From positions 1,674,001 to 1,738,000 of the forward strand of contig VJWM01000025.1 of the NCBI GenBank assembly GCA_010909165.1: a stretch of 64,000 nucleotides of DNA, written 5' to 3'. The DNA is from Anthoceros angustus. Taxonomy: Eukaryota > Plantae > Anthocerotophyta. Positions 1 through 10,691 of the stretch are shown one piece after another. The notes beneath the pieces were generated by a model that was not told the origin of the DNA, searched no databases, and saw nothing but the letters and a program-made list of their open reading frames with translations. Position 1 is the stretch's first letter. Each line of letters begins with the position of its first letter. Position numbers and translations under genes: made by a program.

Positions 1-2
1 GA

Positions 3-357
3 GGAAGTTCCACGGGTCGAATTGTACTTGGAAAACATCTTACAACCAATCGCCCAGTAGCAATCAAGGTGCTTGATTATACGGAGGATGAAGATGATTT
101 AAAAGAGCTATTATTTGAAGCTTGGTGTTTAGAAGTTTTGGACCATCCGAATATATTGAAAATTCATAATACATATAAATGCAATGATAAAATATATTTG
201 ATCATGGAAATGATGCAAGGTGGGTCCTTATGGATGTTATTGTAAAACAATGTGGTTTAGATGAAGACACTGCAAGACATTATTTTAGGCAAATTATTTA
301 TGGTTTAGAATATTATCACAATAAGAGCATTTTCCATCGTGATATTAAACCAAAGAA
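3..357 (+). pseudogene. CAMK/CIPK-like Ser/Thr kinase fragment, frameshifted
   Basis: Manual translation GSSTGRIVLGKHLTTNRPVAIKVLD...LDHPNILKIH...IYLIMEMMQGGSL, then a frameshift, then LDEDTARHYFRQIIYGLEYYHNKSIFHRDIKPKN. AT-rich; 5' end cut by the window edge. Confidence 0.8.
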
Positions 358-424
358 TTCACTTCTAGAACACATTCGTAGGATAGTTTCTTAGCACATG
401 GCAGTGCGTACTCACTAACCACAA

Positions 425-835
425 AATCATCCTTCTCCTTCTCTTGAATTAAGAGATCTTTCCCAGTACCATCTCAAATAAAGATACTCCAGCAGACCAT
501 ATATCACATGGCGCTCCTTTATAATTTGATTCTGAACGAATTTCTGGAGCCATGTATACTCTTGTTCCGGCGTAGTCGTCGTATTATGTTTTTAAGTCTC
601 CTTTGAAAGCGCATCCAAAATCAACAATTTTTAAAACCTTGGATTTATCTAGAAGTAAATTCTCTGCTTTAATATCATGATGGAAAATGCCCTTATTATG
701 ACAATATTCTAAACCCTAAATAATTTGCCTAAAATAATGTCTCGCAATGTCTTCATCTAAACTACGTTGTTTTACAATAACGTTTTAAGTTTCCTTTGAA
801 AGCCCGTCCAAAATTAACAAGTTTTAAAAGATCGG
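425..835 (-). pseudogene. Second CAMK/CIPK-like kinase fragment, inverted relative to the first
   Basis: Minus strand reads [71 protein letters not shown]...CDIWSAGV, with in-frame stops. The DFG segment is repeated at about 781-835. Confidence 0.8.
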
Positions 836-999
836 ATCATGGCAAACACCGTGCACAACACCATCTGGTACATGCCATTTGGTTCATATTCGTTGTCTGC
901 ATGACACTGGGCGATCAATATGATACTGCCCATAGTTGAGGGCCATCACTTATCATGCGTCTACAGCAGCTTGCTTCTAAAATGTTGGAATCAGAGATT

Positions 1000-1240
1000 T
1001 TGCATCTCAATTTCAGGGTAGGATGTGCTGAAGTTATTCCACAAAGAGGAGTGGAATAATACTCTGGATCAATGTAGCCCACGGTGCCATCGATTCCCAT
1101 TGTAGAAATATGAGTAGTTGCCTTGCTGGGAGCTAGATTGGAGATGCCGAAATCTGCCACCTAGGCATTCAAGTCGTCATCCAGGAGAATGTTGCAAGAC
1201 TTGATGTCTCGGTAGATTGTGCGGATGTATAGTATGCCAC
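1000..1240 (-). pseudogene. RLK/Pelle kinase fragment (subdomains VIb-VIII)
   Basis: [53 protein letters not shown]; in-frame stop just before VADFG. Confidence 0.8.
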
Positions 1241-1330
1241 GGAGGGGACGAACACATTTGGTACATAGCATTCTGATCATATTCGTTGTCTGCATGATAC
1301 TACCCATAGTTGAAATCCATCAGTAACCAG

Positions 1331-1660
1331 TATGGTTCTCTGACACTTTGTCTTGTCTACATCCCTCCACATGCCAGCATCTGCATACAGATTCCCAAGT
1401 ACCACATACGCTGCTGCATTTTCAGGTTCCAATTTATAACAAGCTCAAAGCATTGAGCCTCACGCTCAATATCTCCATGGCTTTGGCACGCGTTCAGCAA
1501 GGCTTTCCACCACACGACGCAATTCTCCCTGCCGCCCTGTAGGTCGCCCAAGCCAGCACGCAATGGAAAACTATCAGCTAACGTAATGGCCTCCAATTGC
1601 ATACATATGTACCAAGGGCTGCTTTGCGAGCCCTTGCTGTGCAGACCTAAGACTAGCGGA
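1331..1660 (-). pseudogene. Internally deleted copy of the neighbouring PPR-DYW gene
   Basis: 1331-1520 aligns by eye to about 3620-3805 (E1/E2 motifs). 1525-1640 aligns to about 4545-4690. About 740 bp between them is missing. Confidence 0.8.
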
Positions 1661-2267
1661 CAAGTCTCATTAGTGCTATGCATAGGAGGAAATGTGTTTT
1701 GTACATAACATTATGATCATGATACTCACAAATCCATGAGTCCATAATGTGTGTACGGACAGCTCGCGGTTAGAACATTGAAAATCAGAGAAAAATTCAG
1801 TCCAAGATGTGCCACAACTATGAGGTACAAAGAGAACCCGTGGGGACATTGCCAGGACATACAAAAATTAGAAAACGTTGACGAACTACCTCTCTTTTAT
1901 GAGAGTTGTTTTACTCCAAGTTGTAACAAGCTATTGTTCTCCATTTTTTTTACAGCGCTAAATTGAAGCTTTATATCCAGGAAAAAATAAGATTAGCCAC
2001 TGAGAGTAATAAACCAAACAAAAAAAGAAAACACCCTTCAACTAAAAACAACAAACTAACCTAGAAGGGTAAGAAAAGCAAAAACCACACTGTAAAGAAA
2101 AGCTAGAGAACTTCTCAAACGAAAACTTTAAGTTCTCATGGGAGGGAGCTCCAAAACGAACAGAGGTCGACTCTCCAAAACAATCAACTCGTAATAGAGC
2201 TCTACAAACGAAACCAGACTGTCTTTTATATACCCTACCTCGTTCTCCTCTTTATCTGTAATCTCTG

Positions 2268-2408
2268 ATATGATCTCGTTACTAACGTAAGCCTTGTATT
2301 TCTAATTTGATTTCGTCACTAGCATAAGCCTTGTATCTTTGATATGATTTTGTCACTAGTGTAAGCCTTGTATCTATGATATGATCTCCTCACTAGCGTA
2401 AGCCTTGT
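2268..2408. repeat. About 37-bp tandem repeat, about 4 copies
   Basis: Unit approximately gatatgatctcgtcactagcgtaagccttgtatct. A separate 30-bp doublet follows at about 2462-2517. Confidence 0.8.
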
Positions 2409-3194
2409 TGAGATTTATGAAATAATGTACATAGATCTGGGTTTATCATATTCATCGTTGAAGTGATAACAACAACCCTCTGCCCCTCATAGTGATAACA
2501 ACAACCCTCTGCCCCCTCGTGCACTCCACCATTTGTTCCATGTTGTCCATTGTTTGTTCATAGTCTAAACTATTATAATGCGCCATCCATGTCGATTAGG
2601 CCATCAAATGTTCCTCAAAGTAGTTCATCAATTCTTCCTCAAAGTCGTAATGTACTTGGTCATCAACAGATGTATTCTCTTCCTCAATAACGAGTGTCCA
2701 AATCCTAGCTCTCTATTCAAAGCAACATCATATATGCGTGTGAAGGAGGAGTGTTCAAACTCGTCCCTAGCATTCTTGTTAACGTTTTTTTATACTTGCC
2801 AAGTACATTTGGTGAAGCTCGTGCCGTGGTGTAGTTGGCAAGCCTGAGGAGCCGACGGTGAAGAGGACTAACAGTAAATGCAAATCGAAACTGACGGTGA
2901 CGAGCGACTACAAGTTGATGCCACCCGCTCACGGCGGCAGGTCCTGAAAGCTGAGGACTGAAGTTGAATCAGACAACCTTTGGCTTTAAGGTGGACACCT
3001 GTGACTGAAGAGAACAAAGAGCCTGTGAGCAGGCCAAAACGTTCAAAGCACAATAGGCTTGACGTAGCGAGTTGCCGTCCTTGACCGTATAAGGGCTAGA
3101 TTTCAGAGAAACTTGCTGCTGATCTGTCAGGCTGCTAGCTCAGTAGTGGGGATTCTGTGACTCGTGCACATGTAACATCTCTTCTGGTTACTCC

Positions 3195-6100
3195 TCAATG
3201 ACCGTCTCCGCAAGAACAAAAGCCGTTCACAAAATGGTGAACACGGTGAGCATCTCTCACTATGATCTCCCGTTTTTCGATCCGCGACAGGACTTTGGTA
3301 CCACTATGGCAGTCATTGCACATACGAAGATTTTTAGTGACTAACAAAGCTGTGCCTTGAGGGGTGTTCAAAAGCCCGTAAGCCAAAGCCAGCTTCTCAG
3401 CATGTCCACATAACGCGTCTTCCTTCTCTCTTTCAGAAACTTGTTTTAGCACCAATTGCGTGTGTGGCACATGGCCTCCATCGTCTTTCAACAGACAATT
3501 CAAGCTGCTTAGCTTGACCGAAATGTCGTCCCTGTCTTCTCCCACAACGAATGTGTGAACCTGGCTGTTCACCTCAATCCAGGCCCTTGCAGCCTTCTTG
3601 AATGCACCTGAACTCTTTCTCAGGTTCTCTACCCTCTCTACATCCCTCCACCTGCCTGCATCCGCATACAGATTTCCAAGTAGCACATATGCTGCTGCAT
3701 TTTCAGGTTCCAGTTTTATAAGATGATCAAAGCATCGTGCCCCACGCTCGGTATCTCCATGGCTTTTGCATGCATTCAGCAGGGCTCTCCACCCCACAAC
3801 GTCTTCCTCAAAGGGCATTGAGTACAACAACTTCTCTGCCTCATCAAGACGCCCTGCTCGCCCAAGAATGTCAACCATGCAAGCGTAGTGATGAACCCCA
3901 GGTGTTATCCCATGCTCCTGCACCATGCGTTCAAAATACTGCTGACCCTCATCTACCAGTCCAGCGTGACTGCATGCAACAAGAAGGGAAAGGAAAGCAG
4001 CACCATCAGGCTTGATGCCATGCTGCTCCATCTCGTGGAAACACTGGATCCCCATTCTGCCGTTGTTATGTTCAGCATAACCATTGAGTAGAGCCGTCCA
4101 TGCCACCACGTTTTTTGTAGGCAGGCGGTCAAATACCTTGCGGGCATCCTCAATAGTGGCACATTTGGCATACATGTCCACTAGGCTGCTGCCGACAAAC
4201 TCATTGGCTTCCAGTCCTCTTTCCTGTATCTGTAAATGAAGCTCCTTTCCTTGATGTAAAGCTCCAACACTAGCACATGCTTTCAGGAGGCACACAAAGG
4301 TCACAGCGTCAGACGGTCTCATACCCTCTATCTGCATGCGTGCATGAAGAGTCAGAGCTTCTTGACCAAGCCCTTGCTGAACATATCCTGTGATCATGGT
4401 ATTCCACGTCACCGAGTCTCTGGCAGGCAGTCTGTCGAACACTCTGCGAGCATCTTCTAAGCTACCACATTTTGCATACATGTCCACCACACTGCTACCA
4501 ACCACCAAATCAGCTTCTAGACCCCTTTCTTGTAGCTGAAGATGGAGCTCCCGGCCCTCCTGTAGATTGCCCAAGCCAGCACATGCATTCAGGAGGCAAA
4601 CAAACGTAAAACTATCAGCTAACGTAATGGCCTCCAATTGCATCCGTCTGTAAAGACTAAGAGCTTCTCTGCCGAGCCCTTGCTGTGCATACCCTGCAAT
4701 CACAGAATTCCATGTGACGCCATCTCTTGCCGGCATCCTTTCGAACACTCTACGAGCATCCTCTAAACTACCACATTTTGCATACATGTCCACCAGGCCA
4801 TTGCTCACAGCGATGTCGGCTTCCAGCCCATGTCTCTGGATCTGGAGATGAAGATCCTTGCCTGCATGTATGTCACCAATACCAGCACATGCTTTCAAGA
4901 GGCACATAAATGTAACCCGATTGGGAGTTATTCCTGGCGGCATTCGTGCAAACAGGGTAAGAGCCTCTTGACGAAGCCCATGTTGAACATACCCTGTGAT
5001 CATAGCATTCCATGCTACAACATCTTTGGCAGATATACTGTCAAATCACTGAGCATCCTCTAAACTACCACATTTTGCATACATGTCCACCAGGCCATTG
5101 CTCACAGCGATGTCGGCTTCCAGCCCATGTCTCTGGATCTGGAGATGAAGATCCTTGCCTGCATGTATGTCACCAATACCAGCACATGCTTTCAAGAGGC
5201 ACATAAATGTAACCCGATTGGGAGTTATTCCTGGCGGCATTCGTGCAAACAGGGTAAGAGCCTCTTGACGAAGCCCATGTTGAACATACCCTGTGATCAT
5301 AGCATTCCATGCTACAACATCTTTGGCAGATATACTGTCAAATACGCTGCGAGCATCCTCTATGCCACCACATTTTGCGTACATGTCCACCAGGGCAGTG
5401 CCTACTGCCAAGTCCAGTTCAAACCCTCTCTTTTTGACCTTCAGATGCAGCTCCTTACCATGCTGTAGAGCTCCCAAACTAGCACAGGCTCTAAGGAGGA
5501 TTACAAACGTAACATGATCAGCTAATTCGCTTGCCTCCTGCTCCCCATCGGCAAAAACATCGAGGGCTTCTTGCCCAAGCCCGTTCTGAGCATATCCTGC
5601 TAAAATAGCATTCCATGTCATCGCATCTCTTGTTGGCATTCTGTCAAACACTCTCCGTGCATCCTCTAAGCTCCCACATTTGGCATACATGTCTACCAGA
5701 CAGCTGCCAACAACTAGATCTGTCTCCAGGCCTTGTGCCTGGATCTGACGATGGAGTTCCTTCCCTTCGCGTAGGGCACCACTGCTGGCACATACTTTCA
5801 GAAGGCATGCAAAAGTGCCATTACTTGCCGGACTCAATCCTTCTTGTTGCATACTTGCAAAAAGAGAAAAGGCTTCTTGAGCAAGTCCCTCTTGAGCGCA
5901 CCCTGCAATCATGGAAGTCCATGTAGCTGCATCTCGTGCTGGCAGTCTTTCAAACATATGCCGAGCATCACTTAAGCTGCCGCACTTGGAATACATGTCC
6001 ACTAGGCTCCGGCCGACAACCACATCACCTTCTAGCCCTCTTTTACAAATCTCGAGATGAAGCTCCTTCCCCTTATGTAGATCTCCTATGCTGGCGCATG

Positions 6101-7154
6101 CCTTCAAGAGAGATGCAAATGTAAAATTGTTAGCTACAGCAAGGCCCTGCTGTTGCATGCTTGTATAGAGGCTCAAAGCTTCCTGACCAAGCCCACACTG
6201 GACATAGCCTCCAATCATAGCAGTCCACGTCACAATATCTTTGCTGTGCAACCTTTCAAACACCTTTCTTGCATCCTCAACGCTTCCACATTTTACATAC
6301 ATGTCAACCAAGCTGCTCCCAATCACAACATCAGCTTCAAGTCCTCGTTCCTGAATCTGAGTATGAAGTTCCTTTCCTTCAAGCAAGGCTCCAGTGCTCG
6401 CACAAGCTTTCAAGAGGCACGAAAATGTGACATGATTTGCTAACATCCTGCCCTCTTGTTGCATGCGGGCATACAAAGAAAGAGCTTCTCTACAACGCCC
6501 ATGTTCCACATAGCCCGCAATCATGGATGTCCATGTCACGACATTTTTGGCCTTCAAACTGTCAAACACTTGGATAGCATCCTCCAAGCTCCCACATTTT
6601 GCATACATGTCCACCAGAGAATTGCCTACAAACAAGTCAGGCTCGATCTTACTCCCTAGCACCTCAGCATGGACCTGCTTCCCAGATTCCAAGTCAGCTG
6701 TACTTGCACATGCCTTCAGGGCTGCAACAAATACATGATTGTTAGGCTTCACAGAAGACCGTCGCATCTGTTGATACAGTCGTATGGCATTCACTGGCTG
6801 TCCATGCTCAACATGTGCCGAAATAACGTAAAACCAGGAGAAGACGTTTGGTGTGGCCAGTTTGGCGAACACCTCCATGGCGTCCTGCAACCTGACATGG
6901 GAAGCATACATGCGGATGAAGTGGTTAGCCAAGAACGTCGTACACTCGTAGCCACTGTCGAGAGTGAGAGCATGAACACGTTTGCCAACAGTGAGATTCC
7001 TCTCCAGGATGCAGCCTTTGAGCAAACGGTAAAAAGCTGCGTCAGGTACATAAGATCCTTGCCCCACAAGAACATGTAAGGCCTCCACAGCCTCGTTGAG
7101 CTGCCCCTCTTCGCATAACTTGCTCCACGCCCCGACTTCTGACGGACTCGCCAT
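3195..7154 (-). CDS. PLS-class PPR protein with E1-E2-DYW:KP deaminase domain (candidate U-to-C organellar RNA editing factor); one in-frame TGA at 5046-5048
   Basis: ORFs 5046..7154 and 3195..5003 are in the same frame, joined by FDSISAKDVVAWNA. About 29 P/L/S motifs (32 counting the duplicated triplet), E1/E2, then FKKAARAWIEV, CGHAEKLALAYGLL, KNLRMCNDCH and C-terminal HHFVNGFCSCGDGH. Confidence 0.92.
4754..5343. repeat. Tandem duplication of one PLS triplet (293 bp x2, offset 297 bp)
   Basis: 4754-5046 and 5051-5343 appear identical, with a 4-nt junction (cact). Confidence 0.9.
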
Positions 7155-9044
7155 TCTGGACAGGCCAGGCGAGTGTCATCACACATTTCTGCACGTCCAG
7201 AAAGAGCTTGAGGCACAGCGGAAAGAAATCTACCTCCCAGACTGCTCATGTTGACTTGCTGGACAGAACACAGGAGGATTCGGAGCTAGGTCAACGCCGG
7301 CACTCTGTGCGGTTAGAAGCTTTCCCTGAACCCACGCGAGTTGGGAGTCAATCCACAATGCCCCCTTCCCAAATTCGTGCGCTGAGTCACGGCTAGCGGA
7401 ATCAAACTCCAATGCTGTGCATGGTTCCGCTGCAGCCCGCAAGGACGACATGTATCTCCACCATCTCTCCCCTGCTCTGCTTGGATGACTGGAGCTGTTT
7501 TGGACCAGACTTCCGACAACCAACTGGCCCCCAACTTTACCGCCTTTCCTCATCAGGTGCGCGTTGCAGTTTCACCGAAATGCCGCTAACCTAAACAATC
7601 CACAGGCAGAGTGCTGGGCATCTCGATCCATGCCGAATGTCTCTGCTGTATGTTGAATCTCATACTCCGAAGCGGATCTTCCAAACTGAGATTCAAGCCA
7701 GGTGCTGTGACCGAGCTCGACCAGACCTGGAAACGACATGGTTACCCAAGGTTTTGATTGGATCTGCGTGAGTCGCAAATCCTTCAACACCTTGCAAGAA
7801 TCCGGTGCCTCTTGCAATCATAGACCATCAAATTCGGATCCCCTGAGTAGGATATTTGCATCGGTTGAACGTTTCCAAGGAAACAGAGCTAGCTGTTCAA
7901 GGTTTCAATGAGAGATCAACACGGGATCTCTTCAACAGCACATCACACCGGATGTGTAAAGTCACGCTGAATACCATGACAGCTCCACGATCATTAGTCC
8001 AGAAACGGCCACGGAACTCAATTTGAGACTTTCACAGGAAGAGAGAATTTTTAAAGCGTTTCTAACAATGCATGGCATGGGGGCGTTTGTTTGCGCACCT
8101 ACACTTGTACGAGGAAAGCATTAAGTGGTGTCATTGGAAAGCCCCTGCGGCAAGGAGCAGTGGAGCACGGCACTACCTAAAGGAGAAAGGTTGGTTTCCC
8201 TTTCGATTCCTGCAGTATACAATGAAGGAAGCCGCGGCTGATGGGCTTGGACACTGAAAGCACCAGTTCCCGGAGTTCCGCTGTTTGAGCAAACTTTGTC
8301 TCAGGTTCCTCACACACTCTTCTCCCTCCACACAAAAAATCAGCATGATCAGAGCCCTCCTGAGACATCAAACTGATTTCCAAACACAAAAATTGATTGT
8401 CAAAACATGCCTAGGGCTGACTGAGCAACCCCCACACCCTCACAGTCCCGTCGGTCACGGGCCTGTTTGGGACGGCTACTCCCCTACCGGCTACATCCCG
8501 TGGGAAGACCGCCCGCTGCAGGTCTTCCTGGCAAAACACGTAGAATGGTACGGTCCCGGCAGTGGTCGGCACCGGTGCAACGGGCTAGGAGAGGGCGGAA
8601 CCGGGAGATAAGCCGGCTGCCCTCCTTCACATTCGTCCATACCATTTTACCGCAATCTATGTAGTTATCCTATTTCAGTCCCATGATGAAAATCTAATCT
8701 TTAGTGGACTTAAATAAAATTTTTCTTTTTATCTTCCTCCTCAACGGTTTCCATTTCGGAGAGCAGGCACCTCGAGTTCTATGAACTCACTGTCCCGACC
8801 TCTGGTTTAGAGGCATCGGATGTCGAGGCACTGAATTGAATTTTGTTTTTCCATCTCAACAATTATAGGTGTTGATCATGCTTTGAGCATAGATCGCTCA
8901 AGAGTTGGGACTATTTAAAAAAAAGATAAAATCCTCCCTTTCACCAGTGACATCCCTTCATTAGAACTCTATAATCAAACGTCCTTGGGGATGGATCAAT
9001 CCTTGGATGGGGTGTAATCCATTCCCAGCTTGATATGAATGCCC

Positions 9045-9345
9045 TAGTCTCCGCAGTGTGTGGGCCCTTAAAATTACAAACTCTAGTTGTTAGTATCCTA
9101 GGGAGTTACTCTAGGCTAAAACTTCCGGTGTGGAATTTTAATGACTACTTTGAAACCCTATGAATATATAAAACCCTATGAATTCTCAAAAAAAAAAAGA
9201 TAAAAAATATACACAAGTAAAATAAACAACCCCACCAATTCCAAATGAGGCTATTCGTCCTTACAGGCCCCTTACGATTACAAACTCCACTTGTTAGTGT
9301 TATACAAGGTTAATCCAGTCTAAAACTTCCGGTGTGGGACTTCGA
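9045..9345. repeat. Degenerate copies of the GTTAGT...GGTTACTC...AAACT dispersed repeat family
   Basis: ctctagttgttagtatcctagggagttactctaggctaaaacttccggtgtgg and a second copy near 9290-9340 resemble units at 46485-46890 and 49115-49565. Confidence 0.6.
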
Positions 9346-10691
9346 TGCATACTTCAGAATATCTAAATAAAAGTCTCCAAATTCTCCAAAAAAAGATAAA
9401 AAGTACATAGATAAATGTAGCCTTGCCAATTCAAAATGAGGGACTCGTCCTTTTGGGGTTAGCACATTGAACAAATCGTTTTTAACGGTAGAGAGTGTTT
9501 GTTTCCAACGCACGTATTGATGGCAACAGGTGTGATTGTTATTGAAAATTTAATACAAAATTAAATTTTTAAAAAATTGAGCTTTATCATTTCTATGACT
9601 AGGGTTGCTTAGCAAAAGTTAACACCTCTATCTTTGCTCAGAGACCATCTTGGTTTGGTTTGCTGAGAACTTTGGATTATAAATCTATCATATTTATTTA
9701 TCTAGCTTATACAAGGTCGAGGAGGCCAAAGACACATACCATAACCAACGGTCAAAGAAGAAGAAGAATTCTATTTAAGTCCACTAAGGACGGATTTCCG
9801 TCATGTGACTTGGTACTTAACAACTTGTACCATGGTGTGCCTAAGCTACTTGCACCAAGGGCATCCACTCCCTTCAGGCACCCTATCTAAGTACCGATCT
9901 AAGCTCAGGATGCTTAATCGTGCCGTTCTTATAAAGGTGTGTGCATTTGGCCTAAGCCATTTGGTCCATAGGAAAATACTATCAACACATGTAATGTCCA
10001 TAGAATGACTAGTCATACAGCCAATGGCAGTGACTCCAAGAGTCCTTGTCATCTTCACCTCCTTCTGGGATAAACTACCCATGAAAAAGCAACTTGGTAT
10101 ATCTTCATGTTGTACTCTATATACTATACAAGTATGTACTATATAGGGAAGCTCTTTATGGACTCTACATGTTGCATTGAATTCAAGATAGATAACAATG
10201 AATATTCCTGTATCAGTACATCGAGGCTGACGAAAATGATATTCCGGTTTTAATCACCAATCTCTCTCTCCGCCATCCGTGACACACTGGGGGATCTCAA
10301 AGATCGTCCTCGATCCTCCCTCCAGCTTTTTCTTACAAACTGAATACGGACGCCGCATTAAGCAGTGGGGCCCACGGGCCACCATCTGGGAGCTCGCCCA
10401 AGACCGGCGCCCTCCGGTTCCGGTGCCGCCAGGCCGAGCGACATGGGCATGAAGCTATGGCATGTGCTTGTTGACGACACCGGGAACCGGACAGCGCCCG
10501 TCTTTATTTATTATTACAATATATGTACAGAGGCTTCCAGCTGGGGCCTATCCCACAGGCCGGAAAGGCTGGCACTGGGAGAGTGGCGGCGGGGAGGGAG
10601 GACTAGTGGAGTTGATGCATTCCACGGGCAGACTATTTCAATTGCATGTACATGGCGTTCCAGGCGCATTTGCCACCGCCTGCTCGTGCAA

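Noticed and set aside
5046-5048. Idea that the PPR gene's TGA is repaired by U-to-C editing
   Set aside because: This is a nuclear gene and U-to-C editing is known only for organellar transcripts; the junction is also 3 nt short, which points to a duplication scar or error.
8440-8640. Resemblance to 28850-28900 (ccgtccca...gtgaccgac) suggesting a MITE
   Set aside because: The match is short and imperfect, and no TIR or TSD was found.
9620-10120. Possible decayed coding sequence upstream of the alpha-kinase
   Set aside because: All frames are broken and no family motif was recognised.
10365-10691. 109-aa N-terminal extension of the alpha-kinase ORF
   Set aside because: It begins at GTG, is not domain-like, and includes an AT-rich TATA-like patch; the ATG at 10692 directly precedes the vWA strand.
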